This document shows, one piece after another, positions 52,601-64,000 of a DNA stretch of 64,000 bases. The stretch is taken from the NCBI GenBank assembly GCA_043228905.1, contig JBHGNT010000016.1, forward strand, positions 10,726,001 to 10,790,000, read 5' to 3'. The position numbers were made by a program, and so were the translations under genes. The notes under the pieces are model-generated. The model did no database searches. It saw only the letters and a list, made by a program, of their open reading frames with translations, and had not been told where the DNA came from. This DNA is from Azolla caroliniana (taxonomy: Eukaryota > Plantae > Polypodiophyta). How positions within the stretch are numbered: the first letter of the stretch is position 1; every line of letters begins with the position of its first letter.

Positions 52601-53827
52601 TGCTGTATACAATACGACTTTTTTCTTTGAGTCGACATATTGCATACACCATTCCTTGTCCGTTAGATCTCGGTCAGGAAGGTCTTCACCTCCAGTAGCG
52701 GCGACAAGTTTCTTTTGGCTAACATCACTATGTGGCTAAGATTTTGTCTCTTCGTTAAAGAGAAGCTTTTTTCCTCTCTTCATGGTCTCAGGAGCTACCT
52801 TGGTCTGGGCTTCGATTGGAGAACCTTGTATGCGAAGCTTTATTTTCTTCACAGGTCAGTCCGACAGGTTCTCAAACGACCTATTTAAGAAAGTATATGC
52901 AAAAACATAAGTTAGGTGGTCACGTAGATTAAGGTTGTATATTAACATGAAGAACAGTTCTCACTAGCAGTCCTATATTCAAAAATCTATTATAGGCAAG
53001 GCTATTCAACCTAGAAAATATATATCGTAATAAGTAAACAGGGTTATATATTCTTTTAAATAGTAGGTATGACTTATATAGATTCCAAACCTATATTGAG
53101 GAGAATTTGCTATCGTAAAGGCAATTTGTGGATCATTTTCTACTATTTTAAGCTAAAGTAGGTCATAAAACACCAATAATTAGAGCATGTTTTTTTTTAA
53201 AAGTAAGGAAAGTTAACATAAAAAAGACTGATTTTGCTAGACAATTTGATATCTTTTCCACACCATAATTATTTGTTACCCCAAAAACACAATTTTTCTC
53301 TCTCAGGGCCTTCTTTTATACAGGAACTCGATACGACGTATCGAGTTCTCATTTAAAACCTACACTTTAAACACGAACTCGATACGGCGTATCCAGTTCG
53401 TGTTTAAAGTTTGGATTTTAAACAGGAACTCGATACGCCGTATCGAGTTCCCGTTTAAAGTTTGGTATTTAAACACGAACTCGATACGGCGTATCGAGTT
53501 CGTGTTTAAAGTTTAGGTTTTAAACGGGAACTCGATACGGCGTATCGAGTTCGTGTTTAAAGTTTAGGTTTTAAACGGGAACTCGATACCTGTTTAAAGT
53601 GTAGGTTTTAAACAGGAACTCGATACGCCGTATCGAGTTCCCGTTTAAAAAGCAAAAACAAATTATGAACTCGATACGCCGTATCGAGTTCATGTATAAA
53701 GTTTGTATTGTATACATGAACTCGATACGGCGTATCGAGTTCTTGAGCGACGAAACATATTTACAAAAATGTCCATAGTGTCTGAGGCCTACCTGGAGTC
53801 CTCGCGCTCGATTCTCTTTGAAGACAT
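49651..53827 (-). pseudogene. ParB/Srx-like domain plus beta-class N6A/N4C DNA methyltransferase, six predicted exons, copy B
   Basis: ATG 53827 (MSSKRIEREDSR), intron 53792-52881 restores frame into MQYVDS; YFVIGGSHSAEARRQLV; LMIANVPYGF; PYQKPQRLMMRLIEMFSVEGDWILDLFSGTG|TTSACALKLFRNTVALEKD; several in-frame stops. Confidence 0.85.
53324..53742. repeat. 51-bp-period array of 25-bp palindromes GAACTCGATACG-N-CGTATCGAGTTC (8 full units plus one half)
   Basis: Direct read; arms often extend into flanking TTTAAA; spacers near-identical. Confidence 0.95.
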
Positions 53828-53964
53828 GGTTGATCGTGTGGAAGTGGAGGCGGAGATCGCGCTTTGGTGTTTTGTGCTCTGTGTGCTTTGTGTGCTTTGT
53901 GTGCTCTCTACGTTCTGTGTGCTCTATACGCTCTGTACGCTCTTGTGAGTGAAATATGACGAGG

Positions 53965-54680
53965 TCTTCCTATTTATAGGGATTGATCACATTGGTTAAA
54001 GTAACCATAGTCACCTTAACCAAGGTTGGTAACTTTGAGGATAGTTAGTTGGTAACCATAGTCACATTAACTAGAGTAACTTATGATTGTATTAATGATT
54101 ACAAAGTCAAACTAACATATTGATCAATCTTTTATAGTCATAACAACCTGCAATGACTTCAAAGGTTATGAAGGAGACAATGATAGAGGTTCATCAATGT
54201 ACCAATGATTGATTACTAAAAGCAACAATTTTTATGACTCTCAAATGCTATGTATTAAAGATGTTGGCATGAATTAACCAATGATTGATAAGTCTAATAT
54301 TTAAAATGGTGAGCATTAAAGAACCAATGAGTGAGACGTTCTATATCAAAATGGGTGCCATTAATTAGCCAATGATTTTAACATTAATCCAACATATTCA
54401 TGGCTTGTTAATGATTAGTTTTATATTTTACTTGATTTAACTTCATATAGATCTGGTTTATATAATAATTGATATTTTAAGTACAATTACTTTATTAAAA
54501 ATAATTTTTTGATGTATTGTATTAATAGAATATTACATAATATAGACATTCTATTGATTTGGCTTTTGTTTAGAGAGAAGTTTATGTTTAGAGAGGAGTA
54601 TATATTTAGAGAGGAGCTTATTAGTTTTTTTCCTTACGCTAAGCATATAACTTAGAGAGCCCTATCTAGACCTTAAGCCA
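53965..54680. promoter_or_regulatory. Putative bidirectional promoter: minus-strand TATA (~53970-53980) and four CCAATGA boxes
   Basis: CCTATTTATAGG (TATAAATA on minus) about 145 bp upstream of the predicted ATG; CCAATGA at ~54202, 54278, 54324, 54369. Confidence 0.5.
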
Positions 54681-57466
54681 TGAGTGAAGATTCACCGTTC
54701 TCGATTGAAGAATATTGTTTGTCATCAGACCCATCGTTTTCTACTGAAGAGTATTGTTTGTCAACAGAGTCACCATATTCGATTGAAGAATATTGTCTGT
54801 CGAAAGACTCACCATATTCTATCGAAGAATATTGTCTAAGCTCATCTTCACCTACAGGGAATGTTAATAATGACACATGTGAAGAGTTCTCTATTGAAGA
54901 ATACGATATTAATAAAGATACCGAGAATGAAGGTAGTGCCCAAGAAACATTGAATAACATTGGCGATGGTCACAACAGAGAATTAGACTGTAACAAGGTT
55001 ACACCAACCTCTATGCAGGAAGAGAAATCTGGGAGCCCTATGCATATTAGAAGAATCCCACGAAGAATTCGTCTGGCTAGATTTAGCTTGCTGACATCAG
55101 ATAAACAGATTGGATTTGATGTCAAAAAAATATGTTGTGCCCGTGGTTGTATGTCTATGATTGGAAAATCAAAGTTGCGAGAATTAAGGCGATACTATTT
55201 TTCGATGACCGGTGATGAGCAAGACACTTACCTCGGGTCACATATGCAACTAGTATCTGACAAATGTACGGGGATCAAAGTATCATTTGAGTATTATATC
55301 TTCCATGCGCAACAGATATGTAGAGTTGCATTCAAAATTGTGTTATGTGTTAGTAACATGCGGCTACATAGAGTACAACAACGTCTACTTAGCGGGGATC
55401 AGATGCTCAATTGTAAAGAGGTTCCAAGTATGAAAGGTGCAATTGGAAGACATGCTATTGGTTGGATGAAAACTTACTTTTAGTTAAATTGTGAAGTAAT
55501 GCCCACTACAGGTAGGATGCATCTTTCTGATAATTATACACGTCGGGAAGTTTATGATGTCTATCGATCTGATATGTTGGGCTCACATAATAAGTCTATC
55601 ACCTATAGCCAATTCACAAGATTATGGAGAGCTCGGTTTTCAAATGTTATTATTCCTCGTAAAGTACGTATGGGGTATTGCTCCATTTGTGCAAAGCTTA
55701 AAAGTTTGGCTAAAGGTGCAAAGACATTAATGGAAAAGGATATGAGTAAGAAGTTACTACAAGAGCATCGTGAGGCACAATCCTTGGAACGAAAGAAGGC
55801 GATGCATCATAGAGAGAAGTGTTTGAAGAGGCCCGAACAATACATGTGCTTAATGATAGATGGCATGGACCAGAAGAAGACATGCTTGCCGCATATGCGG
55901 AGGCTCCCCAAAGATGTCAATGATGAGTGCCTTGTTCAAATGCACTTGGTGGGATGCTTGGCTTATAATAGGTCTGTTCGACCTCACGTCTTCATTACTT
56001 ACCCCAATGTTCACAATGACCCTAACCTAACAGTTACAGTGATTCACCGAGTTTTGATGTCTTGGGGCCAACCTTTCCCCCCTGTTCTATACATTCAATT
56101 GGACAATACTGCTAGAGAGAACAAAAATTCAACTGTATTTGGCTATCTAAGTATGTTGGTCAACCTAGAATTGTTTAGGAAAGTGAAAGTCAATTTCCTT
56201 TTGGTTGGCCACACACATGACCATATAGATCAGATGTTTAGCACATTCTCCAGACAGTTGTCTTGGCATGATGCTTTCACTTTACCTAAACTATTTGATG
56301 TCATTTGTGATGCTTATACACCACGCCCAAAAGTGTTACACTTGAAGGAGGTATATGACTTTAAGAGATATATATTAGATGGGGGTGGTGGGAATGTTAA
56401 AGTGCTTGCTCAGTTAAACAATGTAAGTTTCAATCACATTTTTATGATAAAGAAAAATGGAATAAGTGGTTCTACACTTTTGTATGCTAAACAATATTCA
56501 TCTTCTACAACATGGGAACCTGAAGGTGGTTGCCAGTTATTACTTTGTATGCCGAGTACAATTGTCCATGGAGCTAAGCAAATGCCAATTGAGAAGAAAG
56601 GACAGTTGCAGAGCGACTTGGTATCAGAACAAAAACGGTCATAGCTCCAAGCCTTAGAAGAAAAAAGAAAGCATATTGAGGCCGCCAAGAAATATGCCGC
56701 ACAACAAGACACGTCATGGTGGGATGTATTTTATAGTGATCAGAAAGAAATTATAGACAATTGTGTATCTGTTGATAATTGGAATTTGGAAACGCCATTC
56801 ACATGGTCGCTGCAACATGATCGCGTAAATAGAACTCCGGAGCAACTAGTAAATGCGATTAATGACAGCTTGGTCCATCCACAACAAAGAGACATTTATG
56901 TGGGACCAAGGACGACCAAAGCAGCCGAAGCTAGATGGCAAGGAAATTTGCAAGAGCTCACCGCAGGGATGTTGATTGCAACGCCGGCTGATGAGAACTC
57001 ACATGGCCACCAATTTTGGGTTGGTAAAATTCTAGAAGTGCTAATGCATGAAATAGAAAACACGATCAAGTCTATAAATGTTCATTGGTACAACACTAGA
57101 AGTGCAAATGCTTTTACAGGTAAGAATACATTGGAGATGATTGAATGCCCAACAAGAAGGGGAGGTAGGAAGAGGAAGCGAAACATTCGTAACACCTCGA
57201 CCCTTGATATCTCTGATGTGGATATCATCATGTACGACTTCACACTTACAAAAGCCGGACGATTAAGGAAGTCAACAATAGATATAATAAAAGAAAAATT
57301 ACCAAATCTACAAGGTGGCTCGAGTCAAAGGCAAACGAGATCTGCTACATATAATCTAGAGTCAAACCATTTGGTTTATGACGAAGATAATGCACTAATT
57401 GGTACATCCGAGGATGATGAGGAGGAATTGTCATTGTATATTAGTTATAGTAGTGATTCTCCGTAA
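54680..57466 (+). pseudogene. Intronless DDD transposase (Sola1/DUF7869-like), copy B, two in-frame TAG stops
   Basis: ORFs 54680, 55499 and 56786 share one frame; N-terminal FSIEEYCLSS repeats, MIDGMDQKKTCLPH, QLDNTARENKN, FLLVGHTHDHIDQMFS. Confidence 0.9.
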
Positions 57467-57849
57467 AGGAGTGATCATGAATGTATATTTGGCTATTAAG
57501 TGTAACTACATTTCGCTTGTAACAAATTGAGTAATATAAAAGCATGTGTTTTGAATTCTTATGATTTCTAAAAAATCGTTTCTTATAAAATAACATTGGT
57601 TGTAAAGTTTGTGATATAAGTTGAGAATGTATCTTTTTGAAATTCGTCTTTTTTTAGTTACTTCTAAATCACAAAAATAGTGGATTTTTAACCTTTTTCA
57701 TAGTATGTTTGAATATGTATGATACTGGTATCAATGTGTTTTGTAAAATCATTGAAAAACCCCTAAAATTTCCCTTATCCTTCCATTTATGCGCGATCCT
57801 TCCACTTGTGAACGCGAACGTGTTATAAAATGTAACACTAATATTGTAC

Positions 57850-58155
57850 TTTACCATTAAAAAAAAAAGAAAAAAGAGAGGATAATCACGACTATTAAAA
57901 AGGTGTTTCTGCGTGCACAAACTTCAAGATGAAGCAAAGAAAAAAGAGAGGATAATCACGACTATTAAAAAGGTGTTTCTGTATGCACAAACTTTTTAAC
58001 AGTAATATTGTACCATTAAAAAGAGAGAGGATAATTAGGACTATTAAAAAGGTGTTTCTGCATGCACAAACTTTTTAACAGTAATATTGTACCATTAAAA
58101 AGAGAGAGGATAATCACGACTATTAAAAGGTATTTATGCATGCACAAACTTCAAG
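57850..58155. repeat. ~70-bp tandem repeat (about 4 units) in the gypsy region between pol and the extra ORF
   Basis: AAAAGAGAGGATAATCACGACTATTAAAAAGGTGTTTCTG..TGCACAAACTT repeated. Confidence 0.88.
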
Positions 58156-58354
58156 ATCAAGCACACGCGGCACCACGATGTCACACAGGCCTATGAACCC
58201 TATAGCACAAAAAGAGGGAATAAAAAGGTTTTCTGCACACTACAGAAAACAAAATAACTGTCCTCGCCCTTCTCGCTCCCCAACATACCATAGAGTCCAC
58301 GATCACCGTTGCTTGAGAACTTCACCTATTCCACATGAGCCTCTTCCACCCACG

Positions 58355-60935
58355 ATGCTTGTCCCCATCTCTGCAACGTTACGCAGGTGGCTCTTGGAAA
58401 AGGGTTTTGAGGGGTACATCAGGGTCACAGAGGCACCATCACACCCTGATGCTCTCGACATCGTCAAAAAGCTCAATGTGGACACGGTGACAAACGCCAC
58501 TATTCAAAAAAAAATTGGACCTATTTGCAACTGGGGAGAAACACTTCAACATTCCTCCTACAGAAACCCTAGAAGAATATTTTGGGGAATACTCCATATC
58601 AGGCAAGGCATACCGAAGGAAAGACATCCCGAACCCATTCTTTCGGGAAATAGCCAAGTTCCTACTTGAGGTCGGTTGCGTGCAATTCAATGCGTACGTG
58701 ATGCTGAAACAGAAGGCATGCATTATCATTGATACATTCGAAGGGCGCGCAGTTGATTGGGGAGTGATTATAGGACCAACGTTGAGAGAAGGCCTACACG
58801 CATATCAGGTTGGCAAAAGGCTAAGGCTGATTATACAATAGTACCTTACAATACTGTTTCCGCCTCGTGGTCTACCCGCCCCATCGCCTAGTAAACCTAT
58901 GCCTCCGCCACGATCCACGAAACGACGGTTATCAAAATTGGTAACCACGGAATGGGAAGAGGAACCACAACCTTCCCACCCTGTAGCGCAATTAGTGCAG
59001 CCGGAACAACCAGCAAGGTCGGTCGAAGCACCAACAACAACAACGGAGAAAGAAACGGAACAAAACCAAGAAAGCCTCAAGCCAAAATGACGAAGATTAG
59101 ATCGAAAGGATGGCCGCAGACTGGTCAAAGACACAACCGCCTCAGTCGACACTTCCGCCCCTACGGAGCACATAAATACAGTGGAGATAATCCGGGATAC
59201 ACAACCAATCATTACGGCTCAGTCGCACTATGGCAAAGGAGTGCTCACGACGAAAAGGGAAGTCCTCAAATACCTAGACATCCCGGATACGGCCCATGAG
59301 TTCGGCGCACTGTTATAGTTTGGGACGACTTACAAACTCATGGAATTTTTGGTGACACAACAAATTAAGGTGTCCTAGAGAATGGCCGAGGAGCACGCCA
59401 AATAGCAAATGATTGAGCGTGCGCTAATGAAAATGGCAGAAACTGACGATGAGGGACCCCTCGCCAAGATAGGCAGACAGCGGAATGCAGGGATTCGTCG
59501 CATGGGCATTGAATAACCCCCATTGAATACGACCCTCATCAAAGTACATAGGGAGTTGGCCACAATCAGTATGGGAGCCAAAGATATGGCTATCAAAAAT
59601 ACGAATGTCTAGAAAACAGTTAAGCCGACTCAAACCCAACTACAGAAGGACCAAGAGCGCATTGAGGAATTAGAACGCAGAACAACTACTACACAGTAAA
59701 ACCCCGGACTGGCATCCAGTGATGACGCAACGACGACTCTATGGGAGGAGGTCGAAGCACAAACCGCCATCATCGTGAAAGCAAAACGAGCCACGCAACT
59801 AACCGAGTTCGAGATTGACCGCCTCCGCACGGAACTGTGCCAATCATCTGACAAAGAAAAGGATACCCGGGCAAAAGGACGAAGGGTGGTGAAAGCACTG
59901 GAGGATAAGCTCGAGGCGAAGACAGCCGCGCATTTCCACACAAAAGAAGAAAATGGGAAGGTGCGTGAGGAAGCCCAAAAGACAGAAGTCGTGATAACAG
60001 GACTCCGAGAGTTATTGGAAAAGAAGAAAGCATGGTACAACGAGCAGCTCGTGCGGGAACAAGAACTGAAGCATCAGGTAGAAGTCCACTTGAACAATGA
60101 AATGGGCCAGCGCGAGGAACTACACTTGAAAGAATTCTAGGTATGGACAAAAATGAAGAGCCTCTATGAGGAGTCGGCTACGGCCAATAAGCGTAAAATC
60201 GAAAACCTCAAGAAAGCCCTGGAAGAAGCACAAAACTGCTCACAAACAATAACAGACAATGTATTTGTCCTTCTTCAAACAAATTGCGAGCGGTTTACGA
60301 CACAGTTGAAAGCGGCATTGGACAAAGGATGGTTGGCGTGGGCAACGCAAGCAACAGAATTGCACACCTATCGGACGGATTGGGAGAACTTACAAAAAGA
60401 AGGCAGAGGCTTCTACCAGCTCAATCAGGAAAGCATTGCGGCAATACACAAAGACCTCACGTAGGTCTATCGCATGCTAGCGCTCCAGCACTCCGAAGAA
60501 CTCATGCAGTTGTTGGAAGATTTCAGGGAAAGTCAAAAAGACATTTTCTGTCGGTTAATGGAGATCAGTAGCGAACAACAGAGGCCGGAGACAATTGCGG
60601 TACTAGACAGTGATTCCGCCGAGCAAGATGAGCCTCAACCCAATTCGAACAACCCACCAGAGCCACGTCCGACCGCTTGCCCACGGACTGAAGAGACCAC
60701 GCCAGAACCTCGGAGGAATGATCCGAATGTCAAACCAACTGAGCCGGCCCTGAGCATGTGGAGTGCAAATGAAAACATGGGAATTCACACACTGGCCGAA
60801 TGTGGTGAAGTGGACGACACGCAATAGGAGGAGCCGGTCGATCAGAACAAGGAAGCACCTACGGTCGTCACGCCATTTATGGACCAAGCCATACGGACGG
60901 AGCCGAACATCCTAGACATTTTGAATGATGAGTAG
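58355..60935 (+). pseudogene. Extra (third) ORF of the gypsy element: conserved N-terminal domain plus long coiled-coil
   Basis: RRWLLEKGFEGYIRVTEAPSHPDA..TFEGRAVDWGVII; heptad-rich pieces at 59.6-60.6 kb; many stops. Confidence 0.7.
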
Positions 60936-60982
60936 AGGGACGGGTCCGACGTGCCATGGCACTGTCCCACATGCGTGCCAAG

Positions 60983-61439
60983 TGTTGTCCGCCAGACCTA
61001 ACGCATAAACAAATAGAATATATTATTAGAAGCGTTAAAGAAACACATGTAACGGTTCACGCTAGTAGCGTAACAACAAAAAAGCCCTGCGTATATAAAG
61101 GGTAGAAATCCTCTGTAAAGAGCTAGCGTGTATTTTGGGAGCTACCCTTTTAGTAAGACAATATTACCTTCTCTGATTCTCGTGTCTGTGTAAGTCGTCT
61201 ATTGCTTCGGTGTAGTACTCTGTTGGTAATTGTGGGCTATTAAGCGTAGGGTGAGTGTGTATACGAGATAACACATCGGTGAGCTTCAGTTGTAGCCGTC
61301 TCCCTTCATGCCCAGACGATACGCGTTGCTTTGTAAGCCTGTTATGCTTCATGCACCTACGGATCTATTGCTTGCACCGCAATCACCTTAAAGTCTACCT
61401 CGAAGGATTGAGAGTAGACAATGCTCCTAATCGGTAACA
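60983..61439 (+). repeat. 3' LTR
   Basis: TGTTGTCC...CGGTAACA followed by TSD AGGTG. Confidence 0.9.
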
Positions 61440-62445
61440 AGGTGCATGGGCACACCCAAAATGCTCCCTCATCACAAGACGACCGAATGTACAAGGAAGA
61501 CACAAACACACGCACAAAATGCTCGTATGCATTTATGAGGAGGAGAGGTGCATGGGCACGCCCGACACGCACAAATGCTCGCACACCTTTATGAGGAGAA
61601 GTGCATGGGCATGGCCGAAACGCTCCGTCGTCACAAGACGACCGAATGTACAAGGAAGACACAAACACACGCACAAATGCTCGCACGCCTTTATAAGGAG
61701 GAGAGGTGCATGGGCACGCCCGAAATGCTCCCTCATCACAAGATGGTTGAACGTACAAGGAAGACACAAAAACACGCACAAAATGATTGTACGCCTTTAT
61801 GAGGAGGAGAGGTGCATGGGCACGCCTGAAACGCTCCCTCGTCACAAGACGACCAAATGTACAAGGAAGACACAAACACACACACAAATGCTCGTACGTC
61901 TTTATGAGGAGGAGAGGTGCATGGGCACACCCGAAACGCTCGCTCATCACTAGACGGCCGAACGTACAAGGAAGACACAAACACACGCACAAAATGCTCG
62001 TACTCCTTTATGAGGAGGAGAGGTGCATGGGCACGCCTGAAATGCTCCCTCGTCACAAGACGACTGAACGTACAAGGAAGACACAAACACACGCGCAAAT
62101 GCTCGTACGCCTTTATGAGGAGGAGAGGTGCATGGGCATGCCCGAAACCATACCTCTTCACAAGACGGCCGAACGTACAAGACACGGGAACGCCCGAAAC
62201 GCTCCTTCGTCACAAGACGACCAAATGTACAAGGAAGACACAAACACACGAACAAATGCTCGTACGCCTTTATGAGGAGGAGAGGTGCATGGGCATGCCC
62301 AAAACACTCTCTCGTCACAAGACGGCCAAACATACAAGGAAGACACAAACACACGCACAAATGCTCATATGCCTTTATGAGGAGGAGAGGTGCATGGGCA
62401 CGCCAGAAACGCTCCCTCGTCACAAGATGGCCGAACGTACAAGGG
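61440..62445. repeat. ~105-bp tandem repeat, about 10 units (further units at 23935-24044 and 43576-43825)
   Basis: Same unit as 600-1225; two units carry internal deletions. Confidence 0.95.
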
Positions 62446-63331
62446 GACGAGAACAAAGAAAGAAAGAAAAAAGAAGAAGAACACGAATGATATTGGCTAA
62501 AGAAATAAATATGTGTTCGATTCCAACGCAAGAGGGCCCTTTATAAAATAGGGTTTGATTACAATGTGCCAACTTCTAGTTAACCACAAGCTCAACAAAA
62601 TATAAATACTAAATGCCCTTAGAGACAAAAGGAAATACGAGCACGGAGCACAAAAACGACGAAGACGAACACGCGAGCACCACAAAAATGTCGACCCCTA
62701 CGAACCACGACCATCCGAACGGCGAGCACACAGGCTCGTAATGACGAATGGGGGTGAAGCAACGTCGAACCAACGAAGCTTGGGCTCACGAGCACCGTAA
62801 ACGAGCACTTCGAGTGCCAACGTGAAGAAGACGAGCACATGGCAATGAGGGGATGAAGGGGTAAGAGATGAAGAGAAATGGTGAAGAAGATGAAGAGCTC
62901 CGAAGGAAAAATGGCGATAGTCTCCTCCTCCCAAAATGTCCCCCCCAAATGAGCCCCCCTCAACCTCCTTTTATAGGAAAAAAAGAAGGGGGATTGCCAA
63001 TTTTGTCTTCATTGCCAAAGGAATAAAATTCCTTAAATCAAGCTGCATTATAAGACCATATTTGAACCGTGCACTTCTAGCTAGAAGTCAATGTGACTAT
63101 CCACTATTCCATTAACTCTCTCTTATACAATATATAGTTCTATATCAACAAATTCATAGCTTGTCTCCCCTCTACTTTTTATATCTCTTCTCTCTTACTT
63201 TTTACACGAGCTTCTATACCTCCTTTCCATCCTTTCTTTTCCCTTTTCTTTTGCATGTGCACACACATTGCACATGAACATTTTGACCCCCGCTTTCGCC
63301 GGTTTTTCCCACTCTCGAGCACGCCACATCA

Positions 63332-64000
63332 CGACATCATGTTTTCAACAGTACCCGCAATCGATCGGGTTGTTACGATAGCTCGGTTCAACGTGATGAC
63401 TCTCTAGGATTGTTCTTGTCCACTTGCCATTGGTGGGGGTTACGCTCTTGAGTCTGCCGACCTTTACGGCCTTGTTCGAATCGACCTCTATTTCCACGGC
63501 CGAAATTTCTTCTATCATCTGACTGGGAGTAGAGGATATGACCCTCTTGTGTGTTTCTCTTTTTCCAGGTGTGATTTTCCTCAACCAACAATATTGATTC
63601 GAGATCGAAAAATGAAGGAGGGTTCTCCCTTGCAAGGATAGCCGATCTAATCAAGCCAAATCGGGGTGCTAAGCCACTGAGGCATATTTGCACCATCTCG
63701 TCATTGTCGATTACGACATTAATCGAACCGAGGTCATCACAGAACTCCTTGATGTTTAAGGTATAGCCTATGATTGACATGTCCCTCTGTTGCATGTTGT
63801 TTAGCTCCTGTCGAAGTTGGAGCTTTTGTGTGCAGCCGTGTTGGTCGCAAAAATCTTCTTGAGATTTCCCCAAGCTTCTTTCGGTGTTTTCAAATCTCGA
63901 ATATAGCCAAGTATATGATCACGAACGCATGATGCAAACGGGATAGTCGGCATGTGTTGGGTTGGATTGAGTTTCGTGAGCTCTTTCAATGTAGCTCCGA
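63332..64000 (-). pseudogene. gag: Copia gag fragment
   Basis: LKTPKEAWGNLKKIFA, KLQLRQELNNMQQ, ICLSGLAPRF, ILLVEEN, start of knuckle DCGYC. Confidence 0.85.

Larger units (their letters stand above)
48605..57824. mobile_element. TIR DNA transposon B (Sola1/DUF7869-like) carrying a ParB-methyltransferase gene, 9220 bp
   Basis: 36-bp TIRs AACACGTTCGCATTCACAAGTGGAAGGATTGCGCAT (48605-48640 and 57789-57824, two mismatches); TSD ATAA (48601-48604, 57825-57828). Confidence 0.92.
43826..61439 (+). mobile_element. Full-span decayed gypsy element (related to the 4.2-17.9 kb element) containing nested transposon B
   Basis: LTRs 43826-44295 and 60983-61439 (TGTTGTCC...GTAACA); TSD AGGTG (43821-43825, 61440-61444); PBS TGGCACACCTAGTGG at ~44300. 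Confidence 0.92.
23308..63331 (-). mobile_element. Long LTR-like block, copy 2, split by two large nested insertions (own sequence: 23308-24044, 43576-43825, 61440-63331)
   Basis: Homologous to 1-2809 once the inserts are removed; ends GCCACATCA at 63331. Confidence 0.75.

Noticed and set aside
53324-53742. CRISPR array
   Set aside because: Palindromic repeats are regularly spaced, but the spacers are near-identical rather than unique, no cas genes are present, and the context is a eukaryotic intron
30759-57824. Elements A and B as a simple segmental duplication, Helitrons or CACTA elements
   Set aside because: Different TIRs, TSDs and non-coding DNA; no Rep/helicase; termini are AACAC with 4-bp rather than 3-bp TSDs

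Overview
Eukaryotic, almost entirely transposon-derived DNA, most likely from a non-seed land plant (inferred from a Tcn1-like chromovirus, plant-type tRNA primer sites and GT-AG introns). No intact host gene is seen. The window is a stack of nested insertions, many with readable termini and target-site duplications (TSDs): a very young chromodomain Ty3/gypsy element (4640-10088, TSD CCTGA); several decayed gypsy and copia elements and a solo LTR; a long LTR carrying a ~105-bp tandem repeat; and a 19.5-kb Sola2-like DNA transposon (24045-43575). The most notable feature is two diverged TIR DNA transposons (30759-37967 and 48605-57824; 36-37 bp TIRs starting AACAC; 4-bp TSDs). Each pairs an intronless Sola1/DUF7869-like DDD transposase head-to-head with an intron-containing gene for a ParB/Srx-like domain fused to a prokaryotic-type beta-class N6A/N4C DNA methyltransferase. 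Copy B also has an array of 25-bp palindromes in the predicted first intron of that gene. Both copies carry premature stops. All family assignments are from motif recognition by eye, not database searches.
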